A DNA stretch of 64,000 nucleotides from an uncultured Gemmatimonadales bacterium (GCA_963809895.1 CAWELD010000003.1:3552001-3616000), one strand, 5' to 3'; counted from the first letter of the stretch, positions 1 through 9,733 are shown. Notes: a model not told the origin generated them from the letters alone. Translations and numbers: made by a program.

Positions 1-2
1 TG

Positions 3-596
3 GAGGGCTCGAACTACGAAGCGCCCCGGCGGGTGACCCAGCTCGACCTCCTGGATCGCAACTCGGTCTCGGTCGAGGTGGGAGCGCGCTGGGGTGTCGG
101 CTTCGACATCCGCTTCTACACGGGCTTCCGGCAGACCGAATATCCCCACCAGGGAAGCTTCGACGAGAGCGATCCCTTCCGCCGTGATCACGCGGTGACG
201 GTGGGCGCCCAGTGGCGCTGGGAATCCACCGTGGTGGCGGACCTGGGGGTCGAGGGCATCGTCAACCGCTCCAATTCGCGGCGCCCCGAATACGATGCCT
301 TCACCGTCACGGCACAGCTGGCCGCGCCTCTGCCCTGGTGGGGGCTGCGCACCAATCTCTACGGCGTGCTCACCGGCAAGAGCTACGTGTACACGACGCC
401 TTTCGCGCGGCTGGTTCCGGGCGAGGAGGCGGACAACGCATCGGTGCTCTATCTGAACCTGTCGCGGTCCATCGCCGACAACCTGGACGCATCGGTGCGG
501 GTGGGCTGGACCAAGGCCGAGACCGATATCGGGCAGTCCTATTTCCGGCGTTCCGGGGTGAGCTTCCTGCTGAGCTACCGCCCGCTGCTACACTGA
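3..596 (+). CDS. Partial (5'-truncated) probable outer-membrane beta-barrel protein, hypothetical
   Basis: Frame open from the window start; alternating beta-strand pattern and C-terminal ...GVSFLLSYRP. Confidence 0.55.
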   Translation, partial: EGSNYEAPRRVTQLDLLDRNSVSVEVGARWGVGFDIRFYTGFRQTEYPHQGSFDESDPFRRDHAVTVGAQWRWESTVVADLGVEGIVNRSNSRRPEYDAFTVTAQLAAPLPWWGLRTNLYGVLTGKSYVYTTPFARLVPGEEADNASVLYLNLSRSIADNLDASVRVGWTKAETDIGQSYFRRSGVSFLLSYRPLLH

Positions 597-1310
597 GACC
601 CGGATCGCCCAGCCGCCCCACCCGCCGTGGTGGCTGAGGCTGACGGCGGCGGAGGCGGTGGGACGCCCGTTCAGGTACACGCGGGGCGGCACCCGGCCGG
701 CGGGACCCTCGGCGCACACGATGGACACGTCGCTCTCGGTCCTGGCCAACGCCTCGGCGGCGTCACGGCGGGCCCCCAGGCGCACCAGCGCCGAGGGCAG
801 CGAGTGGACGGCCCTGGCCTCGGCGGGGGTCAGGTGCTCCGACATGAGCACTTCGAGGTCCGGCACGCCCCGGGTCCGGTGCAACACTTCCAGCTCGGCG
901 GCCCGCCACCGGAGATCGGCAGGGAGCCCGCTGTCTTCGACGTCGATACCGGGAGCCCAGGCCAGCGCCACCAGGCAGCGCCCGGCACGCGCCATCCGCA
1001 CCGGGATGTCCCGGTCCTGGTGCCGGACGCGGGCCGCGACCAGCGAATCCCCCGGAGAAGGCAACGCCTCCACGGCCACACGATAGGTCGCGTGGCGAAA
1101 GACGGGGGCACGGCCGTCGAGGCCCGTCACCACCTTGTAGGCGGCCTCCTTGGCGGCCCACAGCGCCCACAGCGCCTCGTCGGCCTGCGCCCCGGGCCGA
1201 GCCTCGAGCCAGCGCCGTTCGCTGTCGGCCAGGATGCGGGCGAGGAAGCGGCCGTCGGAAGCCTTTCCCGGACAGCGGGGATCGTCGAGATCGACCACGT
1301 CGATCCCCAC
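588..1310 (-). CDS. 4'-phosphopantetheinyl transferase (AcpS/Sfp superfamily)
   Basis: VGIDVVD and LWAAKEAAYK motifs, terminal SLSH; start GTG 1310 or CTG 1340 overlapping the upstream stop. Confidence 0.85.
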   Translation of the reverse strand: MGIDVVDLDDPRCPGKASDGRFLARILADSERRWLEARPGAQADEALWALWAAKEAAYKVVTGLDGRAPVFRHATYRVAVEALPSPGDSLVAARVRHQDRDIPVRMARAGRCLVALAWAPGIDVEDSGLPADLRWRAAELEVLHRTRGVPDLEVLMSEHLTPAEARAVHSLPSALVRLGARRDAAEALARTESDVSIVCAEGPAGRVPPRVYLNGRPTASAAVSLSHHGGWGGWAIRVSV

Positions 1311-1336
1311 CGCCGGAGGGGACCCGGCGGACCCGG

Positions 1337-2683
1337 TCAGGGCATGCCCTTCCAGACGATCCGCCACAGGCGCCCCTGCTGGTCGTCGATGACGTAGAGC
1401 GAGCCGTCGGGAGCCATGGCGGCGCCCACCGGCCGCGCCGACCAGCCGCGGTCCGATCCCTCCGGCGGCTGGAAGCCGTCGGCGAAGACCTCCCAATCCC
1501 CCGAGGGAATCCCCCCGGTCATGGGCACGAAGACCACGTTGAAGCCCTCCTGCGGGAGGGGCGCGCGGTTCCAGGATCCGTGGAAGACGATGAAGGCGCC
1601 GTTCTGGTAGCGGGCCGGGAACTGGGTGCCCGTGTAGAATTCCAGGTCGTCGGGAGCCCAGTGGCCCGGGAAGCCCATGAGGGGGTCCTTCTTGTCGGCA
1701 CAGCGCCCCACCTCGGTGCCGTCGCCGCCGTATTCGGGGGCCAGCACCTTCTCGTTCTTCTCACGGTCGAAGTAGCAGTAGGGCCAGCCGAAGTCGTCGC
1801 CCTGCTGGATGCGCACGAACTCCTCGGCGGGCTTCTCCGCGCTCTCTTCCTGCGTGTAGAGATCCGGCCACAACTCGGCGAGCTGATCGCGTCCGTGCTG
1901 GACGCCGTAGAGGATGTTCCAGGTGGGATGCCAGCGCAGCGCCACCACGTTGCGGAGCCCGGTGGCGAAGCGCGTGCCGTCGGCCTGGGTCTGGTGGGTC
2001 CTGGTGCCGTCGAAGCGCCAGATGCCCGCCCGGTCCTCCAGCTGCGGGCAGGGATCCTGACCGGCCGAGCCCGCCGTGCGGGCCTCCACCTGGCAGGCGT
2101 TGGAGGGCGCGCCGATGTTCACGTACATGCTGCCGTCGGGAGCCAGGGCCACGCTCTTGGCCGTGTGGTTGCGATCGTCGGGCAGGCCCGAGACGATGGT
2201 GTCGGGCGGACCGGCGGGCGTGAGGGCGTCCTCCTGCATGCGGTAGCGCAGGACGGCGTCGTTGGGGGCGAAGTAGAGCACGCCCTCGCCCAGCAGCACC
2301 TCGTTGCCTCCGTTGTCACCCCAGCGCTCGCGCACGTCGAAGCGGGCGTCGCCGTCCTCGTCCCTGAGCGCCACCACGCCGCCGCGCTCGGCGCGGGTGT
2401 TGCTCAGCGCCACGAACACGTCGCCGTTGGGGGCCACGTCCAGATGGCGGGCCCGGCCGAGGCTGTCCAGCACCTGGATGGCGCAGAACCCGTCGGGCAG
2501 GGTCAGACCCCCGTTGTCCGGAGCGCAGTACTGCGCCAGCGACGAGGGATGGCCGGCGGGCGAGGGCTCGCCACCGGCTTCAGCCATGCCGGCGCCACTC
2601 TCTCCGCCCTGACACGCGGCGGACAGGGCCAACGTGGTGAACGTGGCGGTGGCGAGGATACTGCGGAATGCACGATGGATCAT
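1337..2683 (-). CDS. PQQ-dependent sugar/sorbosone dehydrogenase family lipoprotein
   Basis: Lipobox LSAAC; ATGLRN, GRD, GWPYC, FHGSWNR and RPVG motifs; ATG at 2683. Confidence 0.88.
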   Translation of the reverse strand: MIHRAFRSILATATFTTLALSAACQGGESGAGMAEAGGEPSPAGHPSSLAQYCAPDNGGLTLPDGFCAIQVLDSLGRARHLDVAPNGDVFVALSNTRAERGGVVALRDEDGDARFDVRERWGDNGGNEVLLGEGVLYFAPNDAVLRYRMQEDALTPAGPPDTIVSGLPDDRNHTAKSVALAPDGSMYVNIGAPSNACQVEARTAGSAGQDPCPQLEDRAGIWRFDGTRTHQTQADGTRFATGLRNVVALRWHPTWNILYGVQHGRDQLAELWPDLYTQEESAEKPAEEFVRIQQGDDFGWPYCYFDREKNEKVLAPEYGGDGTEVGRCADKKDPLMGFPGHWAPDDLEFYTGTQFPARYQNGAFIVFHGSWNRAPLPQEGFNVVFVPMTGGIPSGDWEVFADGFQPPEGSDRGWSARPVGAAMAPDGSLYVIDDQQGRLWRIVWKGMP

Positions 2684-2748
2684 GAAGGGTCTCCAGACGG
2701 GGCGGGGGACGCGTGCGTGCGAGAATTGGCCCGGAACGCCGGGCGCTG

Positions 2749-3171
2749 TCAAGACAAACCGAGTGCCAGCCGGACGTCGTCGGGGATCCGCATGGGCCGG
2801 CGGTCCTGGCCGATCCACACCGCGACGACCCTGGCTTCCGCGAACACCGAATCGGGATCGTCGGGGTCGGCGGCGACCTGCTCGATCACCATGGACGAAC
2901 TGCGCGCCGACGCGGCGCGCGTCCGGATCGAGAGCTCCTGGTCCAGCGTGGCTTCCTTGCGATAGTCCACCTCGACGCGCACCACGTGCACGCCTTCGCC
3001 GCGACGCCCCAGCTCGTCCAGCGGGAATCCGCCCGCCGCCAGGGCCTGAAAGCGCGCGAACTCGAAGTAGTTGAGGTAGACGGCGTGGTTCACGTGCCCG
3101 AAGCTGTCCAGCTCGTAGCTTCGGGCCCGCACGCGGGTCTCGAACTCGGGGCGGTCCTCGGGGGATTCCAT
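2749..3171 (-). CDS. Acyl-CoA thioesterase (4HBT/YbgC hot-dog family)
   Basis: ELDSFGHVNHAVYLNYFE motif; ATG at 3171. Confidence 0.9.
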   Translation of the reverse strand: MESPEDRPEFETRVRARSYELDSFGHVNHAVYLNYFEFARFQALAAGGFPLDELGRRGEGVHVVRVEVDYRKEATLDQELSIRTRAASARSSSMVIEQVAADPDDPDSVFAEARVVAVWIGQDRRPMRIPDDVRLALGLS

Positions 3172-3269
3172 GGGGCCATGGGGAGGGAGCGCGTGGTGGA
3201 TCGTGAAACGACCCCGAGGCCGGGTCTGGTGTTCCCGGGGGCGGGCGCCCGTGGGCGGTGGGCGAGCTC

Positions 3270-5855
3270 CTACTCGGCGCGCAATGCGGACACGGGATCC
3301 ACGGAGGCCGCGCCTCTCGCCGGCAGCGACGACGACACCAGCACCATGGCCAGGAGCGCCACGGGGACGGCCACGAGCACCGTGGGGTCGGTGGGCTCCA
3401 CCTGGTAGAGGAGCTCCTGGAGGCGTGGACCCACCAACAGCGTCACGCCCAGTCCGACGCCCACCCCCCAAGAGCCCATGCCCAGGGCGCCCAGGACCAC
3501 GCGTTGCACCACGCGGCCCCGGTCCGCTCCCAGCGCCATGCGGATGCCGATCTCGCGGCGTTGCTGGTCCACCATGCTGGCGACCATTCCGTAGACGCCG
3601 GCCAGCGCCAGGAGAAGCGCCACCCCCGCGAATCCCCCCAACAGCCCCGTCTGGAATCGCCGCGCCGCCGTGGACGCCCTGATCTGGCCCGGATACGTAG
3701 CCAGATCCGCCAGCAGCTGCTCGGGATCGGCCTCCTGGATCGCGGAGCGCAGGGCGGCGGACGGAGGGGCCGGCGCCGTGGAGCGAACCGCCAGCGAGAG
3801 CGCTGTGGGTCCCCGGGATTGCCGCAGGGTCAGATAGAATCCGGGGCCGGCCTCACTGGCGAGCGAGAAGTCCCGGACGTCACCCACGACGCCGATGATC
3901 TCCACGGGCTCGACGTCGCCGAGGTCGACCATCATGCGGTGACCCACCGGGTTCTCTCCCTGGTAGAAGCGCTCCACCAGCGCCTGGTTCACCACCATGC
4001 GCAGGGGGGCGCGCCCGTCGTCGGACCGGTCGAACCCCCGGCCCCGCAGCACGGGGATGCGCAGGGTGTTGAAGTAGTCGTCGGACACCACGCGCACCTG
4101 GGCGGTGCGACGGCCGTCGCTGACCTGAGCGGGCGGGTCCTCTTCGGGATAGAGGTAGGTGTCGCCGCCGTTGCCGCTCAGGGGCAGCATGTTCGCCATG
4201 GCCACCCCGGTGACGCCGGGCAGGGCCTGGAGGCGCGTGTCGATCCGGTCCAGCATGGACATGTAGGTTTCGAGATCCGGATACCGCGACTGGGGCATGC
4301 GCAGCGTCGCGGTCCGGACCCCCGCCGGATCGAAGCCGGGGTCCACGGCGGTGAGGCGCATGAGGCTCTTGGTCAGGAGCGCGGCCGCGGTCAGCACCAC
4401 CACGGTCATGGCCACCTCGGCTCCGGCCAGGATCTTCCGGGCCCGGGGCGCGGCGGTGGTGCGGGTGCCGCTGCGGGCGCGAGCCGGCGCCCGCGCCAGG
4501 TGGAGCGCCGGAGCCAGGCCGAAGAGGATTCCCACCAGGGCGGTGATGCCCACGGCCGCGGCCAGCACCGGACCGTCGACGCTGGCGCGAGCGAGCCCGG
4601 GGAGGTTGTCGGGACCGAAGCGCACCAGGGCCCACAGGGCCAGGTGGGCGACTCCCACGCCGGCGACCCCGCCCACCGCCGCCAGGGTCAGGCTCTCGGT
4701 GAGGAGCTGGCGGACCAGGTGGCCCCGGGTCGCCCCCAGGGAGCTGCGGACGCTCATCTCCGTGGCGCGGCCGGCGGCCCGGGCCAGGAGCAGATTCGCC
4801 ACGTTGGCGCACGCCACGCCCAGGATGAGGATGGTGGCCACGAGGAAGAGGAGCACCGCGCTCTTGCCGGTGCCCACCAGCACGTCGCCCAGCGGCCGCA
4901 GCAGGGGGCGCCATTCGGTGTTCGTGTCCGGATACGACGCTTCCAGGCGTTGGGAGAGTCGGTCCAGGCGTTCCTGCACGCCGCTGACGGTCATCCCGGG
5001 GGCCAGACGGCCCACGGGCCGGAGAAAGTGGTAGCGCCGCTCCTGCCAGCCTGGAGCGCCCCAGGTGAAGGGGATCCACACCGATGCGTCGAACGGTGGC
5101 TCCAGCGACGGGGGCAGAACGCCCACCACCGTGAGCGTCAGGTCGTCCAGGTGGATCGCGGTGCCGAGAACGTCGGGGTCGCCGCCGAAGCGTCGCATCC
5201 AGAGATCGTGGCCGATCATGGCCACCCGGGGCTGCCGTCCCTCGGTCTCGTCCGGGCGGAAGCTCCTGCCCAGCGTCGGCTCGAGCTCCAGGGCCTCGAG
5301 CAGGTCGTGCGAGGCCGGCAGGAAGTCCACCTGCTCCGGCTCGCCGGTGCCCGACGTGAGGGCCGCACCGGAAGAGAACGACGTGGCGGCCAGCGTGGAA
5401 AAGCCGAGATCGGCCTCCAGGTAGTCCCGCAGGTCCGGCGGCGACACCGAGGCGAAGCCCGAGCCGTCGGGCGCGCGGCTCCCCCACATCCACACCAGGT
5501 CGGAGCCCTCGGGATAGGGCAACGGGTTCACCACCACCGCATTCACCAGGCTCACCATGGCCGTGGCCCCACCGATGCCCAGAGCCAGCATGGTGACCGC
5601 CACCAGCGTGAAGCCCGGCCGACGCCTGAGGCCCCGTAGCGCCCGTCGCAGGTCGTGCCACCGTGTACCCATTCCCCTCCCCTCCTCCCATCGAAGCATG
5701 ATGGCGTGGGGGACGATCCCCCAGACCCTGCGCCACGCGGCGGCCCGTCCCCGACGGCGCGCGGTCACCTCGAGCTCGGCCCGCCACTCCTCCAGCCATC
5801 GCGCCCGAGCGGCCGCCGGCATGATCAGGGCCGCCAGGCGCAGCAGAAGGCCCAC
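3270..5855 (-). CDS. ADOP-type duplicated MacB/FtsX ABC permease (no ATPase domain)
   Basis: LALGIG, ACANVANLLLAR, EIGIRMALGA and C-terminal PARGAASVDPVSALRAE motifs. Confidence 0.9.
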   Translation of the reverse strand: MGLLLRLAALIMPAAARARWLEEWRAELEVTARRRGRAAAWRRVWGIVPHAIMLRWEEGRGMGTRWHDLRRALRGLRRRPGFTLVAVTMLALGIGGATAMVSLVNAVVVNPLPYPEGSDLVWMWGSRAPDGSGFASVSPPDLRDYLEADLGFSTLAATSFSSGAALTSGTGEPEQVDFLPASHDLLEALELEPTLGRSFRPDETEGRQPRVAMIGHDLWMRRFGGDPDVLGTAIHLDDLTLTVVGVLPPSLEPPFDASVWIPFTWGAPGWQERRYHFLRPVGRLAPGMTVSGVQERLDRLSQRLEASYPDTNTEWRPLLRPLGDVLVGTGKSAVLLFLVATILILGVACANVANLLLARAAGRATEMSVRSSLGATRGHLVRQLLTESLTLAAVGGVAGVGVAHLALWALVRFGPDNLPGLARASVDGPVLAAAVGITALVGILFGLAPALHLARAPARARSGTRTTAAPRARKILAGAEVAMTVVVLTAAALLTKSLMRLTAVDPGFDPAGVRTATLRMPQSRYPDLETYMSMLDRIDTRLQALPGVTGVAMANMLPLSGNGGDTYLYPEEDPPAQVSDGRRTAQVRVVSDDYFNTLRIPVLRGRGFDRSDDGRAPLRMVVNQALVERFYQGENPVGHRMMVDLGDVEPVEIIGVVGDVRDFSLASEAGPGFYLTLRQSRGPTALSLAVRSTAPAPPSAALRSAIQEADPEQLLADLATYPGQIRASTAARRFQTGLLGGFAGVALLLALAGVYGMVASMVDQQRREIGIRMALGADRGRVVQRVVLGALGMGSWGVGVGLGVTLLVGPRLQELLYQVEPTDPTVLVAVPVALLAMVLVSSSLPARGAASVDPVSALRAE

Positions 5856-5857
5856 GT

Positions 5858-6181
5858 TCAGCTCTCCTGCGGCGCCGCGTCGGTTGCTTCGGCTTCCAGG
5901 AGCCCCGCGCTCCGGAAGCGGGCTCGGGCTTCGTCCAGCGCGGTCTCGCCGGCGCCGGTGACACGGTAGTAGCGCCGGCGGGGGCGGCCCGCCTCGCGAG
6001 CGAGCTCGTCGGATTCCCAGGTGGACGACACCAGGCCGCGCCGCTCCAGCGTCGACAGCGCCGGATACACCGTCCCGGTGGCCAGGCCGGTGCGCTCGGC
6101 CACGTCGAAGCCGTATCGGCAGCCGCCGGCCAGCGCGCCCAGGACGGCCAGCGTGGCCGCGCCGAGACCTCGTGGGCTCAT
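5858..6181 (-). CDS. PadR family transcriptional regulator
   Basis: YGFDV...GTVYPAL..LE..GLV and RRRYYRVT..G; ATG at 6181; directly upstream of the permease. Confidence 0.9.
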   Translation of the reverse strand: MSPRGLGAATLAVLGALAGGCRYGFDVAERTGLATGTVYPALSTLERRGLVSSTWESDELAREAGRPRRRYYRVTGAGETALDEARARFRSAGLLEAEATDAAPQES

Positions 6182-6279
6182 GGGAGCACCCCTGTCCCTT
6201 GGAGTCGAGACGAAACGCGCCGCTCCCCGGGGCAATCCGCCGGACGGGCCCGGGGGGGCTCCGGCAGTGGCGGCGATGC

Positions 6280-6298
6280 TATATAGAAGTTCTATCTA
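6280..6298. promoter_or_regulatory. Putative PadR operator ATAGAA-G-TTCTAT
   Basis: Perfect 6-bp inverted repeat at 6283-6295 in an AT-rich patch about 100 bp upstream of padR. Confidence 0.6.
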
Positions 6299-6338
6299 AA
6301 CCGATGGGATCCGGCAAGTGGGGGGGTGCCGCAGGGAA

Positions 6339-6887
6339 TCAGCCGTCGGCCCGGCGGCCGAGGATCGCCGCCCGGATCCGTTGTAGCTGCCGCACGTGGG
6401 CCAGGTCGTGTCCCGCCAGCAGCTCCACCATGCGCCACAAGGACTCGGGACCGCGTTCGGCGTGGGCGCCTTCCACGGACCATTCGTCGGCGGAGCGGCG
6501 CTCCAGCCAGCGCAGGTTGAGCTCCCGCAGGGTCGTGAGCTCGGCGAGGCTCTCGTCGATGTCGGTCCCCGCATAGTCCTGGGCCCGGGCCCAGGCGTTC
6601 TGATCGACGCTCTGGACCTCGTCACCGGGCTGGGACAGCACCCGTCGCAGCCGGTACCAGTAGATGCCTTCCATGTCGGCGAGGTGTCGCACGACTTCCG
6701 CTACCGACCATTTGCCCGGTGCCTCCGGAGCCCGGCGTAGCGCCGGCGGGCAGGCATCGACCTCGCGTCGCACCCCCTCCGGCAGCTCCCGGAGCACCTC
6801 GAGGGGGTCCCTGGACCCGAGCAGCCTCAGAAGGCCGTCGGCGTAGGCCTGCGCCTCGTCGGGATCGTTCGGTGTGGGCTTGTCCAT
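6339..6887 (-). CDS. DinB/YfiT family metal-binding protein
   Basis: GKWSVAEVVRHLAD and AGHDLAH..Q motifs. Confidence 0.88.
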   Translation of the reverse strand: MDKPTPNDPDEAQAYADGLLRLLGSRDPLEVLRELPEGVRREVDACPPALRRAPEAPGKWSVAEVVRHLADMEGIYWYRLRRVLSQPGDEVQSVDQNAWARAQDYAGTDIDESLAELTTLRELNLRWLERRSADEWSVEGAHAERGPESLWRMVELLAGHDLAHVRQLQRIRAAILGRRADG

Positions 6888-6903
6888 GACGATCAGGAGT
6901 CTC

Positions 6904-7635
6904 TCAACCCGCGACGGCCCGCTCCGACACCCGTCCGAAGCGCCGGTCGCGCGCCCGGAACTCGGCGAGCCAGCGTCCGACCTCCTCCTCGTCCACGTCG
7001 GGCCACAGCACCGGCGAGAAGACGAACTCGGCGTAGGCGCACTCCCACAGCATGAAGTCGCTCAGGCGACGCTCGCCGCTGGTGCGCACCAGCAGATCGA
7101 CGTCGGTGACGCCGCCGTCGCCGAGCGTCTCCTCCAGGGCTTCGGCCAGGACGTCGCGATCCACGGGCGCGGAGGTCTCCCGGAGGCGCTCGGCCGCGGC
7201 GGCCAGCACGTCGCGGGCGGAGTAGTCCACCGCCAGTCGGAGATGGAGGCCCTTGCCGTCCCGGGTCGCTTCTTCGGCGGCCTCGGCCGAGGCCAGCACC
7301 CTGGGTGGCAGGCGGTCGCGGCGTCCGATGAGCGACAGGCGCACCCCCTTCTCCACCAGCTCCGCGGTCTCCGTGCGCAGATGACGGAGGAAGAGCCGCA
7401 TGAGGGCGGCCACCTCGAGGCGGGGACGCTGCCAGTTGTCCGAGGAGAACGCGTAAAGCGTCAGCGTGCCGACCCCCAGCGACGGCGCCGCTTCCACCAC
7501 CTTGCGCACGGCCTTGGCCCCGGCCTGATGGCCTGCGGTGCGCGGAAGCCCCCGGGCCCGAGCCCAGCGGCCGTTGCCGTCCATGATGACGGCCAGGTGG
7601 ATGCCCTCGCGGGGCCCTTCGGGGACAGGTGTCAT
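6904..7635 (-). CDS. uppS: Undecaprenyl/decaprenyl diphosphate synthase (cis-prenyltransferase)
   Basis: IMDGNGRWA, YAFSSDNW.RP and RTSGE.RLSDF.LWECAYAE motifs. Confidence 0.92.
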   Translation of the reverse strand: MTPVPEGPREGIHLAVIMDGNGRWARARGLPRTAGHQAGAKAVRKVVEAAPSLGVGTLTLYAFSSDNWQRPRLEVAALMRLFLRHLRTETAELVEKGVRLSLIGRRDRLPPRVLASAEAAEEATRDGKGLHLRLAVDYSARDVLAAAAERLRETSAPVDRDVLAEALEETLGDGGVTDVDLLVRTSGERRLSDFMLWECAYAEFVFSPVLWPDVDEEEVGRWLAEFRARDRRFGRVSERAVAG

Positions 7636-8023
7636 CGTGGTCGCATGGCCCGGATGAGGGCCTCCATGTGATCAAGGTAGGAGCGCAGCTCGCGCCCCCC
7701 CGCTCGGTGAGCGAGTACTCGGTGCGCGGCACCCGGCCCTCGAAGCCCTTGGTGCATTCGATGTAGCCGGCCTCCTCCAGACGCCGGGCGTGGGCGCTCA
7801 GGTTGCCGTCGGTGGTGCCGAGGATCTCCTTCAGATCCGAGAAGGCCAGGGTGCCGTTCACGGCCAGGGCGCTGACGATTCCCAGCCGCACCCGTTCGTG
7901 GATGACCCGGTCCAACTCCAGGGGACCGTCGGTGCCCTCTCCCTCCACGCTCCACAGGCGCCGGGTGGCGGAGGCCACCTCGGTTCCATCGGCCCCTTCG
8001 GGCACTGCTCGTTCCTCAGCCAC
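7632..8023 (-). CDS. Winged-helix (HTH_34/ArsR-MarR-like) regulator with one frameshift in the C7 run at 7695-7701
   Basis: IHERVRLGIVSAL...TDGNLSAH...LEEAGYI in one frame and RELRSYLDHMEALI in the next; one added base restores a single ORF. Confidence 0.85.
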
Positions 8024-8624
8024 CGTACCTCCGGGCGATCACGAGTCCGAACACGAGGTGCAATCCCCCGAACCCCACGGCCATGGCCTCGCCCCCCAGG
8101 CTCGGGACCAACAGCGCCACGGCTCCCAGCCCCATGAAGGTCGCTCCCATGAGCGGGATGATGCGCACCGAGAACGCGCCGCCGCCCAGGATGGCCGTGC
8201 CGTAGAGGACCAGCCAGGTGCCCGGAAGCAGGTCCACGGCCCCGGCGCGCAGCAGAGGCAGGGTGAGCATGCCGCCGACCAGGAGCGCGGGGAGCGTGCC
8301 CAGCAGGAACTTGCGGCCCGGGCCCCGGAGGAGTGGCTCCTCGAGCCGGCGGGCCTTGTGCACGATGCCGGCCATGGCCAGGACGAAGGCCACCGCCGCC
8401 GCGGCGATCCAGGTGAGCACCCAGCGCTCGGGGCCGGCACCCCGAGCGAGCACCGCCGCCGTCAGCGCCACCAGGCCCATGACGACTCCGGCCCATCCCG
8501 AGACCGCGGTGAAGGCGGACGAACGCTCGATGGTGCGGCGGATGTACTCCAGGTCCGCCACCGCACGGTCGTGGATGGCCAGCGGCTCGTCGCGTGTGAC
8601 CCGTAACCGTCGGGCGGGGATCAT
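8016..8624 (-). CDS. Multi-pass membrane protein, hypothetical
   Basis: About 6 hydrophobic segments; DLEYIRRTIERSS start and GFGGLH end; overlaps the regulator gene. Confidence 0.8.
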   Translation of the reverse strand: MIPARRLRVTRDEPLAIHDRAVADLEYIRRTIERSSAFTAVSGWAGVVMGLVALTAAVLARGAGPERWVLTWIAAAAVAFVLAMAGIVHKARRLEEPLLRGPGRKFLLGTLPALLVGGMLTLPLLRAGAVDLLPGTWLVLYGTAILGGGAFSVRIIPLMGATFMGLGAVALLVPSLGGEAMAVGFGGLHLVFGLVIARRYGG

Positions 8625-8708
8625 GGCGCTCCGTCCGGCGCGAACGGTGCCGGGCCCCGTGGCCGAGGCGGCTCAGGCCACCCGGGATTCCTGGGAAACG
8701 AAGATTGA

Positions 8709-8771
8709 GATACCATGCTTCAACGGTATCCCCCCTCGGTTTCGCGCGTCAAGTACTTTGCGAATCAGAGT
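8709..8771 (-). promoter_or_regulatory. Promoter with two inverted repeats for the membrane protein-wHTH-uppS operon
   Basis: TTGACG (8752-8747)-N18-TACCGT (8728-8723); GATACC-N10-GGTATC at 8709-8730; ACTTTG-N5-CAGAGT at 8755-8771. Confidence 0.5.
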
Positions 8772-9733
8772 GACTCCGGGGGGACCACGACCTCCAACGC
8801 ACCGGGCAGCACCTCCACGCCGACCCGGTCGCCGGCGCTGACGAAGACGTCGCCGTCGGCCTCGAAGCGCACCGGGGCTCCGAACTCCAGGGTGAAGGAG
8901 GAGGCCGAGTGGACCTCCACCCGATCCGATTCCACGTGGCGTCCCTTGCCGGCGAGACCGAAGAGGCGCATGCGGGTGAGAGGGGGAGCGTCGCCGATGA
9001 GGCAGGCGTGGAGGAGGCCGTCACGGATGTCGGCCCCGGGTGCGATGGGGAAACCCCCGCCGAAGTAGCGGCCGTTGCTGACGGTGACCATGAGGTGCCG
9101 ACCCTGGCGCTGAAAGCCGTCGGCACCGGTGATCGCGAGCTCGATGCCGGGAAAGCGAACGAGCTGCTGGAGCGCCGTGACCTTGTACAACACCTCGCCC
9201 TTGAGAAAGCGCGCCGAAGCCGCGGCGTCGATGACGGCGATGTCGAAGCCGAACCCCACCAGGTTGAGGAAGTGACGCACGCGCGCCTCGCCGCCCTGGC
9301 CCTTGCCCGGCTCGGCGGGCGCCGACGGTGTGGTGACGCGACCCACGTCCACCCGCGCCGTGCGTCCCGACGTCAGGGCCCGCACGGCAGCCGCCGGATC
9401 GCCGTAGTCCAGCCCCAGGCTCCTGCCGAAGTCGTTACCGGTGCCCGACGGCAACACGCCGAAGCGAACGTCGGAGCGCCCCGAGGCCAGGATGCGGTCG
9501 GCGACGTGGCTCCAGGTGCCGTCTCCCCCCACGGCCACCAGGGTGTCGAAGCCCTCGGCCAGGGCGCGGTCGGTCAGGTCGTACTCGTCACCCGGGTGTG
9601 TGGTGACGCCGTGCTGGAACCCGGGAAGGTGGCGGGCCAGGAGCTCCAGATAGCGGGCGATGCGGCGCCGGCCCCGCCCCCGTCCCGACGCCGGGTTGAA
9701 GACGACGAAGGTCCGGCGGGCGGCGTCGCTCAG
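8765..9733 (-). CDS. Diacylglycerol/sphingosine/ceramide kinase family lipid kinase
   Basis: NPASG, VGGDGT, PSGTGNDF and NGRYFGGG motifs; start uncertain (CTG 9733 or GTG 9778). Confidence 0.9.
   Translation of the reverse strand: MSDAARRTFVVFNPASGRGRGRRRIARYLELLARHLPGFQHGVTTHPGDEYDLTDRALAEGFDTLVAVGGDGTWSHVADRILASGRSDVRFGVLPSGTGNDFGRSLGLDYGDPAAAVRALTSGRTARVDVGRVTTPSAPAEPGKGQGGEARVRHFLNLVGFGFDIAVIDAAASARFLKGEVLYKVTALQQLVRFPGIELAITGADGFQRQGRHLMVTVSNGRYFGGGFPIAPGADIRDGLLHACLIGDAPPLTRMRLFGLAGKGRHVESDRVEVHSASSFTLEFGAPVRFEADGDVFVSAGDRVGVEVLPGALEVVVPPESL

Noticed and set aside
6893..8023. 376-aa wHTH fusion protein from the ORF track
   Set aside because: Product of the frameshift at 7695-7701; the real C-terminus is in the adjacent frame ending at 7632
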